Source of the DNA: an uncultured Collinsella sp.
Lineage (GTDB): Bacteria; Actinomycetota; Coriobacteriia; Coriobacteriales; Coriobacteriaceae
Assembly (NCBI GenBank): GCA_902493855.1
Contig: CABUQV010000005.1
Location: 5,962 to 69,961 of the forward strand
DNA length: 64,000 bases
Reading direction: 5' to 3'
The translations under genes and the position numbers were made by a program. The first letter of the stretch is position 1. Every line of letters begins with the position of its first letter. The notes under the pieces are model-generated. The model searched no databases, was not told the origin of the DNA, and worked only from the letters and a program-made list of their open reading frames with translations. Shown piece after piece: positions 22,560 through 33,208 of the stretch.

Positions 22560-22944
22560 AAAAGTAGCCTTTCAAGTAGGTTCGCGCGTGCCCAAGTCCC
22601 ATTCCGGCACCCGCCTGGACTGCATCGTAACAGAGTTTTAGCTGCAGTTAAACAAAAAGCTGTTTATTGAAACGTTGCAATTTATTAAAGCGCTCCATAT
22701 GTGTCACTTCTGTTTCGAAGCCCGATTAGAGTACCATCCGACCGCCCATCAACCGCGCCGAACAGAGCAGGCGGTCGGTTGCCGCCCGCGAACGTATCCC
22801 CTTCACAACCTGCCCAAAGGTCCTACAGAAGTTCTCGACAAGCCCCTCCCCCATAGCAACAAAATACGGGCTCCCACATCAGCAGGCGCCCGTAAAGCGA
22901 AAACGATTTATCAATAAATGGACAATACGTCTTCAGCCAAACCT

Positions 22945-24375
22945 CTACTTTGCCCCGTGACCCATCTCGACGACCTTGGTTAGCGATCCAAACACACCTT
23001 CGTCGACCACGAGTTGCGCCTCGGCACGCTGCAGCTGCACGGCAACGGCGGCAGGGGCGGTGCCGCCCTCGGTCGTGCGCGCGGCGACAATCGACGGGAT
23101 GTCGAGCGCCTCGGTAATGTCGTGCTCAAAGAGCGGGCTTGCCTCCTGGAACACCTCAAACGGCAGGTCCTCAAGATTGCAGCCGCGCTTCTCACACATC
23201 AGAACCAGATGCCCCACCACGGCATGTGCCTCGCGGAACGGCAGGCCACGCTTGGCCAGGTAATCGGCAACATCGGTAGCGGCAAGGTGCCCCACGCCGC
23301 ACTCGCGCGCCATGGCATCCTCGTTGACGGTCCAAGTCGAAATCATTCCGGCCATAACCGACAGGCACTGCATGAGCGTATGGGCGGTATCGAGCGCGCC
23401 CTCCTTGTCCTCCTGCAAGTCCTTGTTATAAGCAAGCGGCAGGCCCTTCATGGTCACGAGCAGCTGCACCAGGTTGCCATAGACACGGCCGCTCTTGCCG
23501 CGAATAAGCTCGGCAAAGTCGGGGTTCTTCTTCTGCGGCATGATGGACGAGCCGGTGGAGTAGGAGTCGGAAAGCGTGATAAAGCCAAATTCGGAGCTCG
23601 ACCACAGCACGATCTCCTCGGAAAGACGCGACAGGTGCATCGCCATGACGGAGCCGGCGTAATGCAGATCGAGCAGGAAATCACGGTCGGAAACGGCATC
23701 GAGTGAGTTAGGAATCACGCCCGCAAAGCCAAGTTCGGCAGCCGTCATTTGGCGATCGAGCGGATAGCTCGTACCGGCAAGCGCGGCAGCACCCAGCGGG
23801 CAGTTGTCGGCGGCATCAAAGGCGGCCTTCAAGCGTGTAAAGTCGCGCGCGAACATCCAGGAATACGCCAGCAGATGATGCGAGAGCAGCACGGGCTGAG
23901 CGTGCTGCATATGCGTGTAACCCGGCAGAATCACCTTGTCGTACTTCTTAGCCGCATCCACCAGCACATGGCGCAGCTCAAGATTGGCCTCCATGAGCTC
24001 CTTGGCCAGTGCCTTGACGCCCAGGCGCGTGTCGGTCGCCACCTGGTCGTTGCGCGAACGTCCGGTATGCAAGCGCTTACCGGCCTCGCCGATGCGACGC
24101 GTCAGTTCGCTCTCGATGGACATATGGATGTCCTCGTCGTTGATATCGAAGGTGAAGTTGCCGGCATCGATATCCTGCTCGATTCCGGTCAGGCCCTCGG
24201 CGATCGCCTGCTCGTCCTCGGCACTGATGATGCCTTGGGCGGCCAGCATCTTGGCATGTGCCTTAGAGCCAGCGATATCCTGCTTATAGAGATGTTTGTC
24301 GACCGGCAGCGACGCGCCAAACTCCTGCGTGACCTCGGCCACGCCCGCCTCAAAACGACCGCCCCAAAGAGCCAT
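22945..24375 (-). CDS. argH: Argininosuccinate lyase
   Basis: LWGGRF, GRSRNDQ, GSSIMPQKKNPD. Confidence 0.95.
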   Translation of the reverse strand: MALWGGRFEAGVAEVTQEFGASLPVDKHLYKQDIAGSKAHAKMLAAQGIISAEDEQAIAEGLTGIEQDIDAGNFTFDINDEDIHMSIESELTRRIGEAGKRLHTGRSRNDQVATDTRLGVKALAKELMEANLELRHVLVDAAKKYDKVILPGYTHMQHAQPVLLSHHLLAYSWMFARDFTRLKAAFDAADNCPLGAAALAGTSYPLDRQMTAAELGFAGVIPNSLDAVSDRDFLLDLHYAGSVMAMHLSRLSEEIVLWSSSEFGFITLSDSYSTGSSIMPQKKNPDFAELIRGKSGRVYGNLVQLLVTMKGLPLAYNKDLQEDKEGALDTAHTLMQCLSVMAGMISTWTVNEDAMARECGVGHLAATDVADYLAKRGLPFREAHAVVGHLVLMCEKRGCNLEDLPFEVFQEASPLFEHDITEALDIPSIVAARTTEGGTAPAAVAVQLQRAEAQLVVDEGVFGSLTKVVEMGHGAK

Positions 24376-24523
24376 GGAACCGTCTCCTTTCTCCAAATAC
24401 CAAAACAAGCGCCCAAAGCAATGCGCCATGTCGCTAAAGCGATTTACCAACCGCTAGTTTTGCATATTCCCCACCGTGCGCGAGGCCATATAGCTAATTT
24501 GCAAAGAAGTGACGCACCATGCA

Positions 24524-24703
24524 CTTGGCGCCCAACGTCTCCCTCCGGATGTTGCCCTGCGAACCGTCAATCCAAGCCTTCAGGCTCATAGGGACGTCCT
24601 CGACCTTTGCAGCATCGAGCTCGGGCGCGAGGGCAAGTAAAGCATGCACGACAGCATTGAACATAATGGATACTCCTCATATATATAGGCGCAGAGCCGC
24701 CAA
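24524..24703 (-). ncRNA. Candidate 6S-like or other structured RNA
   Basis: Closing stem ttggc..gccaa and an internal segment reminiscent of 6S RNA; judged by eye only. Confidence 0.35.
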
Positions 24704-24714
24704 ATTGATAGAAG

Positions 24715-24744
24715 GAGCCCCGCCGGACAACCCCGGCGGGGCTC
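24715..24744. terminator. GC-rich hairpin between argG and argH
   Basis: gagccccgccgg-acaacc-ccggcggggctc. Confidence 0.6.
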
Positions 24745-24897
24745 GGACTCAGCCGCAGTCGCGGCGTCATATATGCGGGCGGAACGTAGGGGCCACCGAT
24801 GTTAAGAAGTGTCAGCAAGCATAACGAAAGGTAGGGACCCCATGCGCCCGTTATGTATCACGCGGATGGGCCGCGCGGATACCAAGGAAAGGAAGAC

Positions 24898-26124
24898 TTA
24901 AGCCTGGGCAGCGGCAGAGCTGGGACCCTGGACCTTGGCCCACGTCTTGAGCGACAGCGTATCGATCTCGATAAAGCCGGCGCTGGCCTTCTCGTCAAAC
25001 GTGGTGTCGCGGTCGTAGGTAGCCAGACCGTAGTCATACAGGCTAAACGGGCTCTTGCGGCCGACGACATGGCAGTTGCCCTTAAAGAACTTCAGGCGGA
25101 CGGCGCCGGTCACGAACTTCTGAGTGTCGGCCATAAAGGCATCGAGCGCGTTCTTGAGCGGGCTGTACCACTGGCCGTTGTACACGGCGGTCGCCCAATC
25201 CTGCTCGAGCTTAATCTTGGTCTTGAGCAGGTCGCCCTCGACGCAGATATCCTCGAGTGCCTTGTGGGCGGTGATGAGCGTCAGGGCGCCGGGAACCTCA
25301 TAGCACTCGCGGCTCTTGAGGCCCACCAGACGATCCTCGACCAGGTCCAGGCGACCAAAGCCGTTGTCGCCCGAAATCTTGTTGAGGGCGATGACGATTT
25401 CGGAAAGCTTCATCTTCTTGCCGTCGACGGCGACGGGCTTGCCGGCCTCAAACTCAATCTCGGTATACGTCGGGGTGTCGGGCGTGTCCTCGGGATTCTT
25501 GGTCATAACCCAGGCGTCGTCGAGCGGCTCGTTCCAGGGATCCTCCAGGTGGCCGCACTCAATGGCACGACCCCACAGGTTGTCGTCGATGGAATAGGGG
25601 TTATCGTTGGCACCCTCGGGAACCGGCACGTTGTGGGCGTGAGCATAGGCGACCTCGTCGGGACGGCACTTCAGGTCCCACTCGCGAACCGGGGCGATAA
25701 CCTTAAGCTCGGGGTCGAGGGCCTTGACGGCAGCCTCAAAACGAACCTGGTCGTTACCTTTGCCGGTGCAGCCGTGGGCGACGTAGGTCGCGCCAAACTC
25801 GTGAGCGACCTCGACGAGCTTCTTGGCGAGCAGCGGGCGAGACAGGGCGGAGAGCAGCGGGTACTTGTTCTCGTACATGGAGTTTGCGGCGATGGCCTTG
25901 GTCAGGAACTCATCGGAGAACTCGTCGCGCAGGTCGAGCACCTGGCAATCGAGAACGCCCAGGTCGAGGGCCTTCTGCTTCTTGGCGTCCAGGCCGGTCT
26001 CCTCCTGGCCCACATTGCCGCAAACGCAAACGACATCGAGATTCTTCTCGTCCTGGAGCCACTTGACACATACAGATGTATCAAGACCACCGGAATATGC
26101 GAGAACGACTTTTTCCTTGCTCAT
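24898..26124 (-). CDS. argG: Argininosuccinate synthase
   Basis: LAYSGGLDTS, HGCTGKGNDQVRFE. Confidence 0.95.
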   Translation of the reverse strand: MSKEKVVLAYSGGLDTSVCVKWLQDEKNLDVVCVCGNVGQEETGLDAKKQKALDLGVLDCQVLDLRDEFSDEFLTKAIAANSMYENKYPLLSALSRPLLAKKLVEVAHEFGATYVAHGCTGKGNDQVRFEAAVKALDPELKVIAPVREWDLKCRPDEVAYAHAHNVPVPEGANDNPYSIDDNLWGRAIECGHLEDPWNEPLDDAWVMTKNPEDTPDTPTYTEIEFEAGKPVAVDGKKMKLSEIVIALNKISGDNGFGRLDLVEDRLVGLKSRECYEVPGALTLITAHKALEDICVEGDLLKTKIKLEQDWATAVYNGQWYSPLKNALDAFMADTQKFVTGAVRLKFFKGNCHVVGRKSPFSLYDYGLATYDRDTTFDEKASAGFIEIDTLSLKTWAKVQGPSSAAAQA

Positions 26125-26678
26125 GGCTGTTTCCTTTCGCCCTTGGTAGCTAGTTAGAACATCGGTCAGTTGCAAGTCATTTCAAGGTCATATACCGTGC
26201 AATATCAGGTTAAATAGCAAAAATCAGCACATACATGCCCTAGAAACATGCAGCAATGTCGTGCTAAAACCCAACGACCTCAAAATGACTCTGTTGAGGC
26301 AATTCGCCCCATGCGGACAGAGACGATTGTTATCGTCGTCGGGAAATTGCGCGCTGGCGTCGGATGGCATTGTCTGCAGTAGTGATGATCTTTACGAACT
26401 GCATCTGCCTCTCCTTTCACCTATCGCCGGGCGCAATTCTAATATCGTAAACGGTACCTTTTCCTCGGTAAGCGGTTGTTTTTCCGTCTCCGTTTTCGAT
26501 GGTCGCTATATTACGCTAAAGTGCCTGCTGCACAAGCGACAAATTCAAATTTCTGAAAAGTTTTTTCATTAGTTTGTGAAATGCAGTGCAAATACGCTCC
26601 GTTCCTGCGAAAATACGCCTGACTACGAGTTGATGGTTATAACATCTGAAACAATTTCGAAACGAAAGGCTCGCTTTT

Positions 26679-27506
26679 ATGCAAACTTACGAATCGGACG
26701 CCAATATCGGAAACATTAAGATTCTCGCCGTTGATATGGACAAGACGCTTCTCACCGACGAGCGCGTGCTGCCTCAGGGTCTTGATGAGCGCCTGGACAA
26801 GCTCGCCGACGCCGGCATCGTATTCTGCCCCGCCAGTGGACGTCCCGCCCCCAAGCTCGAGGAGATGTTCGAGGGAATCAAAAACCGCCTTGCTTTTTGT
26901 CCCGACAACGGAGCGTGCGTGATCTATCGCGGCAGCTATATCTATAAGAGCATTATCGACGTGGAGCTGTACCAGCAGGTCTTGAGCCGCGCCTCGGAGG
27001 ATCCGCGCGCTGTCCCCGTCCTGTGCTGCTTCGACGAGTTCTACGTGCTCGCCCGCGACCATCAATACCACGACGAGATCAGCGTGTACTACAACACGAT
27101 CAACTACGTCGATAGCTTTGAGGGCATCGATATCGAGTCCAACAAGATTTCGGTCTTCTTCCCCGGCTACGACGCCGAGCCCGCTTTCCGCGAGACCTAT
27201 AGCCCCGAGTTCTCGGACAAGCTCTACGTCACCAACGCCGGGCGCGAGTGGATCGACTTTATGAACCTGGGCGTCGACAAGGGCGCCGGCGTCGCTCACC
27301 TGTGCGAGCACCTGGGCATCGATATTGCCGATGCTGCCGCCGTGGGCGACACCTACAACGACATCCCCATGCTGGAGCGCGTCGGGCATAGCTTTATCGT
27401 GGACAATGCCGAGGAGCACATGAACGCGCATGCCAAGTGGCGCATTCCGAGCAACAACGACGGGGGCGTACTGACGCTCATCGACGCCATCTTGGCGGCT
27501 CGCTAG
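26679..27506 (+). CDS. Cof-type HAD-IIB hydrolase
   Basis: DMDKTLL, ASGR, GDTYND..ML. Confidence 0.85.
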   Translation: MQTYESDANIGNIKILAVDMDKTLLTDERVLPQGLDERLDKLADAGIVFCPASGRPAPKLEEMFEGIKNRLAFCPDNGACVIYRGSYIYKSIIDVELYQQVLSRASEDPRAVPVLCCFDEFYVLARDHQYHDEISVYYNTINYVDSFEGIDIESNKISVFFPGYDAEPAFRETYSPEFSDKLYVTNAGREWIDFMNLGVDKGAGVAHLCEHLGIDIADAAAVGDTYNDIPMLERVGHSFIVDNAEEHMNAHAKWRIPSNNDGGVLTLIDAILAAR

Positions 27507-27516
27507 CCATCCCTTC

Positions 27517-27645
27517 GGGCCTGGCCGGGCGGCAGGGGTTAACTTTTCGCTCGGTCAGGTCCTGCGCAAGACGAAAGCCACATTAAGTGGCTTTCTTTGC
27601 GTGCGGAATCTACGAAAAGTTAACCCCTGCCGCCCGGCCAGGCCC
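27517..27645. repeat. 129-bp MITE-like element with perfect 33-bp inverted arms
   Basis: 27517-27549 is the exact reverse complement of 27613-27645; inner hairpin gaaagccac..gtggctttc. Confidence 0.7.
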
Positions 27646-27846
27646 TAGGTTCACCTGCTTGCCGCCGAGATGGTGTCTTGAGTGCCTAGATACTTGGCTG
27701 AATTTAATTGAATGAAGGGTGCCTCTTGTTGTTGAGGGGCACCCTTCTGTTTTGGTTACTGTGGGACAAATTAACCAGTAGTGTTTGTCCCAAATCCTAA
27801 GTATGTGGGGGCTTGCGCTGTAAGCAAGTTTGCCTATTGCGCCCCT

Positions 27847-30597
27847 CTACTTTGCGTCGGCCCAGGTTATGCCGGTGCTGGCTTCGGCGATTAGGGGGAC
27901 GTGGAGGTCTACTACGTGTTCCATGACGTCGCGGACCATGGTGGTTAGGCGCTCGACTTCGTCGATGGGGCACTCAAAGTCCAGTTCGTCGTGCACTTGC
28001 AGGATCATGTGGGCGGCAAAGCCTTCTTCTTCCAGGCGACGACTTACGCGGGCCATGGCGATCTTGATGATGTCTGCTGCGGTGCCCTGCATGGGATGGT
28101 TCATGGCCGTGCGCTCGCCAAAGCCGCGGAGTTGCGGGTTTTTGGCCTTGAGCTCGGGAATATGGCGTCTGCGGCCATACATGGTCTCGGCGTAGCCCGT
28201 CTGCTTGGCGCGCGCCACCACGTTGTCGAGGAACGTACGCACGCCCGGGTAGGCCTCGTAGTAGCGGTCGATCATGTCGCGCGCCTCGGCCATCGAGATA
28301 TGCAGCGACTGCGACAGGCCGTAGGCCTGCTGGCCATACACGATGCCAAAGTTCACGGCCTTGGCGCGACTGCGCAGGTCGGGCGTTACCTCGGACACCG
28401 GCACACCAAATACGCGCGCCGCCGTCTCGGCGTGGAAGTCCTCGCCCTCGTTAAAGGCGCGCACCAGGTGCTCGTCACCCGAAAGATGCGCGAGCAGGCG
28501 CAGCTCAATCTGCGAGTAGTCCACCGCCAAAAAGACGCTTCCCTCGCCTGCCGAAAACGCCGTCTTGACGGTACGACCCAGCTCAGAGCGCGTCGGGATG
28601 TTCTGCAGATTGGGGTCGCTCGAAGACAGACGCCCCGTCGCGGTGATGGTCTGGTTGTACGTGGTGTGCACGCGACCGTCACCGCGGCGCAGCGGGCCCA
28701 GCGTATCCAGATAAGTGGACTTGATCTTGGACTTCTCACGCCAATCCAAGATCAAACGCACAATCTCGTGGTCGCGGGCAAGGTCGCTCAACACCTTGGC
28801 GTTGGTCGAATAATAGCCGCGCTTGGTCTTTTTGAGGCCCTTGGTCGGAAGGCCCATCACGTCAAAGAGCACGTGCGAAAGTTGCATGGGGCTGCCGATG
28901 TTAAAGGTCTCGTCACCCGCCAGGTCGCGAATGCTGCGCTCAACCTCGGCAATCTGGGTCGCCAGACCCTCGGACAGACTGTGCAGGCGGTCGGGGTCCA
29001 CGAGCATGCCCGCGCGCTCCATCTTGGCAAGCACCGGCACGAGTGGCATCTCGATGCCATCGAACACGTTGGCGGCATTCTCACGGGCCATGCACTCGCG
29101 CAACGGCGCCACGAGCGCCAGCGTCAAGGCCGCCGTGCGAGCGGCGGGCGCAGGAGCGTCCTTGCCGGCACCCTCTGCACCGCGCGCCGCAGGCAGCGTC
29201 ATCTGCAGATAGGTATCGGCCAGATATGCCTCATCGAACTCGGAGCGGTCGGAATCCAGCAGGTAGGCGGCAACCACGGTATCGAAGATGCGCGTAGAAT
29301 CGACTGCCAGCGGATCCATGAGCTCGGGCTCAGAAGAATCGATGGGCGAAAGCTCGTGCAACAGTGCCTTCATATCCGGGCTCGCCACGCGACCCTCCAT
29401 AAACAGACGCGCGAGCACGCCGGCAATCACGCCGTGGGCGAAGTTGAAGCCCTCAACCTCAGCCGCCGCACCGCCGTCGCCCTCCTCGAGCGCGAACAGG
29501 CCCTTGGACGTCGCCAGCCACAGCGTGCGCGTCAGTCCAAAGAGCGCGCCCTCTTCCTTGTCGTCGTCCACCACGGCGGCGACCCACTCGCCGGCATCAA
29601 TCGCGCGGGAAATCTCAGCCGCAACGGCACCAAGTGCGTCAGCATCGCCGGCGGCTGAGCGAACCATCGCAGGTATCTCAAACACACTGGAGGCAGCAGC
29701 AGCCCCGCCCTCGCCGCCGATCAGCGCCAAGAAACGGTTCTGCATGGCGGTGATACCAAGCGTACCCAGCGCCGCAGAAACTTCATCGGCAGAAAACGCC
29801 GGGAAGGACGTCGTCTCAAAATCGAGCTCAACGGGCGCATCGGTACGGATGGTCGCCACCTTACGGCTCAGCAGGGCATCGTCGATGTGCGCGCGCAGGT
29901 TTTCGCCCATCTTGCCCTTGACCTCGTCGGCATGTGCGATGACCTCGTCCAGGCTACCGTACTGCGCAATGAGCGCGCTCGCCTTTTTGGGGCCGATGCC
30001 CGGCACGCCGGGGATGTTATCGGACGTGTCGCCCTTCAAACCGTAAAAGTCGGGCACGAGCGCCGGCGTAATGCCGTGATACAGATCGTCCACGCTCTCG
30101 GGCGTCATAATCGCCACGTCGGACAGGCCCTTGCGGGTCGAGACCACATTGACATGCTCGGTCACGAGCTGATACATGTCGCGATCGCCGGTCACCAGCA
30201 GCATGTCGCAGCCGGCCTGCTCGCCCAGGCGCGCCATAGTACCCAGGATGTCATCGCCTTCCCAGCCCTCGGACTGTAGAATCGGCACGTTGAGCGCGGT
30301 GAGCAGCTCCTTGATCATCGGAAACTGCGCGTGCAGATCGGGGTCCATGGGCGGACGCTGCGCCTTATACTGCGGCAGCATCTCCATGCGCACGCGCGGC
30401 TTGCCCTTATCAAACGCCACGACCACGCCGTCGGGGTTAAAGGCATCGATCATCTTGAGAAACATGTTCAGAAAGCCGAAGATCGCGTTGGTGGGGCGAC
30501 CGTCCGGCGCGTTCATGGTCGGCGGCACGGCGTGGAAGGCACGGTGCATGAGCGAGTTGCCGTCGATAACGGCAAAGGTACGGCGCTTGTCAGACAT
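27847..30597 (-). CDS. polA: DNA polymerase I
   Basis: 5'-3' exonuclease N-terminus; TGRLSS.DPNLQNIP, DYSQIELR, QVHDEL. Confidence 0.95.
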   Translation of the reverse strand: MSDKRRTFAVIDGNSLMHRAFHAVPPTMNAPDGRPTNAIFGFLNMFLKMIDAFNPDGVVVAFDKGKPRVRMEMLPQYKAQRPPMDPDLHAQFPMIKELLTALNVPILQSEGWEGDDILGTMARLGEQAGCDMLLVTGDRDMYQLVTEHVNVVSTRKGLSDVAIMTPESVDDLYHGITPALVPDFYGLKGDTSDNIPGVPGIGPKKASALIAQYGSLDEVIAHADEVKGKMGENLRAHIDDALLSRKVATIRTDAPVELDFETTSFPAFSADEVSAALGTLGITAMQNRFLALIGGEGGAAAASSVFEIPAMVRSAAGDADALGAVAAEISRAIDAGEWVAAVVDDDKEEGALFGLTRTLWLATSKGLFALEEGDGGAAAEVEGFNFAHGVIAGVLARLFMEGRVASPDMKALLHELSPIDSSEPELMDPLAVDSTRIFDTVVAAYLLDSDRSEFDEAYLADTYLQMTLPAARGAEGAGKDAPAPAARTAALTLALVAPLRECMARENAANVFDGIEMPLVPVLAKMERAGMLVDPDRLHSLSEGLATQIAEVERSIRDLAGDETFNIGSPMQLSHVLFDVMGLPTKGLKKTKRGYYSTNAKVLSDLARDHEIVRLILDWREKSKIKSTYLDTLGPLRRGDGRVHTTYNQTITATGRLSSSDPNLQNIPTRSELGRTVKTAFSAGEGSVFLAVDYSQIELRLLAHLSGDEHLVRAFNEGEDFHAETAARVFGVPVSEVTPDLRSRAKAVNFGIVYGQQAYGLSQSLHISMAEARDMIDRYYEAYPGVRTFLDNVVARAKQTGYAETMYGRRRHIPELKAKNPQLRGFGERTAMNHPMQGTAADIIKIAMARVSRRLEEEGFAAHMILQVHDELDFECPIDEVERLTTMVRDVMEHVVDLHVPLIAEASTGITWADAK

Positions 30598-30763
30598 ATT
30601 GAATACCTCGCTTTGGGCTGGGCACGGTTCGCTCACTCCAGTTTACACGCTCCCCGCCCCGCGGCCACCGCACATCAAGCTCCCCCGCCACCGCGCGCCC
30701 GTGCGTGATACGATGGCTCACGGTACATTAACCAGCACGATCGATCCGAAAGGAGCCTGCGTC

Positions 30764-32161
30764 ATGGAGCGTCCCTGCGCATGGAAAAAGTACACGCCAC
30801 AGCAAATCGAGGAGCTCGAGGAGCTTTGCCGCGGCTATAAGCAGTTTTTGAGCGAGAACAAGACCGAGCGCCTGTGCGTCAAGACCGGCATCAAGATGGC
30901 CGAGGAGGCGGGCTACGTCGATCTGGAGACCGTGATCGCCGAAGGCCGCGAACTCAAGGCCGGCGACAAGGTGTACGCCGCCAACCACGGCAAGGACCTT
31001 ATGCTCGTCAACCTGGGCACCGCCCCGCTCGAGCAGGGATTTAACATCCTGGGCGCCCACGTGGACTCGCCGCGCCTGGACCTCAAGCAAAACCCCGCCT
31101 TCGAGGCCGGCGACATGGCCTACCTCGACACGCACTACTACGGCGGCGTCAAGAGCTACCACTGGGTGGCCTCCCCGCTTGCACTCGTGGGCGTCATCTG
31201 CAAAAAGGACGGCACCACCGTCGACATCAACATCGGTGACAAGGCGGACGACCCGGTCTTTACCATCTCCGACCTGCTGATCCACCTCTCGAGCGAGCAG
31301 ATGTCCAAGCCCGCCAAGGATGCCGTCGACGCCGAAATCCTCGACGTGATTGTGGGCGGCCGTCCCGTCAAGTTTGATGAGGACGACAAGGACGCCCCCA
31401 AGGAGCCCGTCAAGCAGATGTTCCTGGACATCCTCAAGGAGCAGTATGACGTCGAGGAGGAGGACTTCCTCTCCGCCGAGATCGAGGTCGTGCCCGCCGG
31501 TCCCGCCCGCGACATGGGCCTCGACCGCTCCATGATTCTGGGCTATGGCCACGACGACCGCGTCTGCGCTTACCCCTCCATGCTTGCCCAGATCGACGTC
31601 GCCAACGTGGAGCGCACGAGCATCACGCTCATCGTCGACAAGGAGGAGATCGGCTCCGTGGGTGCCACCGGTATGACGAGCCGCTTCTTCGAGAACACCG
31701 TCGCCGAGATCATGACGCTCGCCGGCGAGGATAGTCCGCTGGCCCTGCGCCGCGCGCTCGCCCACAGCCGCATGCTTTCCTCCGACGTGTCCGCCGGTTT
31801 CGACCCGGGCTATGCCGGCAAGTTCGAGACCAAGAACGCCGCCTTCATGGGTCGCGGCCTGTGCTTTAACAAGTACACGGGCAGCCGCGGCAAGGGTGGC
31901 TCCAACGACGCCGACGCCGAGTACGTGGCCCTCGTCCGCGACATCATGGACGAGGCCGGCGTGGACTTCCAGACCTGCGAGCTCGGTCGCGTCAACGCGG
32001 GCGGCGGCGGCACCATCGCCTACATCATGGCCAAGTACGGCATGAACGTCATCGACTCCGGTGTTGCCGTCCTGTCCATGCATGCCCTGTGGGAGGTCGC
32101 CAACAAGGCCGATATCTACGAGGCCTATCGCGGCTACAAGGCCTTCATCGAGCGCGCCTAA
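30764..32161 (+). CDS. M18 family aminopeptidase
   Basis: AHVDSPRLDLK, DDRVC, DKEEIGS, LSMH. Confidence 0.85.
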   Translation: MERPCAWKKYTPQQIEELEELCRGYKQFLSENKTERLCVKTGIKMAEEAGYVDLETVIAEGRELKAGDKVYAANHGKDLMLVNLGTAPLEQGFNILGAHVDSPRLDLKQNPAFEAGDMAYLDTHYYGGVKSYHWVASPLALVGVICKKDGTTVDINIGDKADDPVFTISDLLIHLSSEQMSKPAKDAVDAEILDVIVGGRPVKFDEDDKDAPKEPVKQMFLDILKEQYDVEEEDFLSAEIEVVPAGPARDMGLDRSMILGYGHDDRVCAYPSMLAQIDVANVERTSITLIVDKEEIGSVGATGMTSRFFENTVAEIMTLAGEDSPLALRRALAHSRMLSSDVSAGFDPGYAGKFETKNAAFMGRGLCFNKYTGSRGKGGSNDADAEYVALVRDIMDEAGVDFQTCELGRVNAGGGGTIAYIMAKYGMNVIDSGVAVLSMHALWEVANKADIYEAYRGYKAFIERA

Positions 32162-32172
32162 CCAACCCTTGT

Positions 32173-32241
32173 AACTTGCGGTGAAATACGGATTCATCAG
32201 GGCTTCCAACGGGGAAAGCGGTCTGTATTTCACCGCAACTT
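32173..32241. repeat. ~68-bp palindromic REP-like element, copy 3
   Basis: ttgcggtgaaatacgga...tctgtatttcaccgcaa. Confidence 0.75.
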
Positions 32242-32262
32242 TTTTAGCGGGAGGAGGATTCC

Positions 32263-33114
32263 GTGCTACAGGTCGTCATTTCGCCCGCCAAACAGATGCG
32301 GACAGCTCAAGATGCCTTTGACGTTTTGGGCATACCGCCTTTTGCACATCAGACGGCCCGGCTCCATCAGGCACTGCTAGGCATCGAACGCGAGGATGGC
32401 GCAGCAGGTCTTCAGGCCCTTTGGAACGTGAGCGACAGGCTGCTTACAACGTGCCTGGATACGCTTCACGAATTTATGCCCGTCCTGAGCGATGCCGACC
32501 TCGCCGATCCCGATATCGCGCGCCGAATCTCCCCCGCCGTCATGTCCTACCACGGCATCCAATACCAAAGCATGGCGCCCGAGGTCATGGATGCTGCACA
32601 GCTCGACTGGCTGCAAAACCATCTCTGGATCCTCTCCGGATTGTACGGATGCGTGCGGCCTTTCCATGGCGTTGAGCCCTATCGGCTCGAAATGGGAGCC
32701 AAGCTCGCCGTCGACAACGCCCGTGACCTCTATGCGTTTTGGGGCGACAAACTTGCATGCGCCATTGCGCCGACCGGCTCCAACACCACGGTCGTCAACC
32801 TTGCCAGCGCGGAGTACGCCAAGGCCGTTCTGCCCCATCTCGCAGGCGACGCCACAACCGTCACTTGTCTCTTTGGCGAAGGTGTCCGCAACGGCAAGCC
32901 CATCCAGCGCTCGACCGCCAGCAAAAAGGCGCGCGGCTCCATGGTGCGCTGGATGGCAGAAAACAAGCTCGAGGACGCCGCCGGTCTTACCGAGTTCAAC
33001 CTTGGCTACCGCTATGTCCCCGAGCTCTCGTCCCCAGGCACCCTCGTGTTCATCAACGAACAGATGCTCTGGAGCCGGCACCCAACACTGACCCGCTCAG
33101 CCTTCTCTATATAA
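32263..33114 (+). CDS. yaaA: Peroxide stress protein YaaA family
   Basis: ISPAK, ILSGLYG..RP, YRLEMG, NLAS.EY, KKARG. Confidence 0.85.
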   Translation: MLQVVISPAKQMRTAQDAFDVLGIPPFAHQTARLHQALLGIEREDGAAGLQALWNVSDRLLTTCLDTLHEFMPVLSDADLADPDIARRISPAVMSYHGIQYQSMAPEVMDAAQLDWLQNHLWILSGLYGCVRPFHGVEPYRLEMGAKLAVDNARDLYAFWGDKLACAIAPTGSNTTVVNLASAEYAKAVLPHLAGDATTVTCLFGEGVRNGKPIQRSTASKKARGSMVRWMAENKLEDAAGLTEFNLGYRYVPELSSPGTLVFINEQMLWSRHPTLTRSAFSI

Positions 33115-33180
33115 CTTGCGGTGGAATAGTTCCGATTTGAGCCTTTTATCGCACAATCGGGAACTATTCCACCGCAACTT
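33113..33180. repeat. ~68-bp palindromic REP-like element, copy 4
   Basis: ttgcggtggaatagttccgatt...aatcgggaactattccaccgcaa. Confidence 0.8.
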
Positions 33181-33208
33181 TTATGAATTGGCTGGCTAGG
33201 CTCGACAC

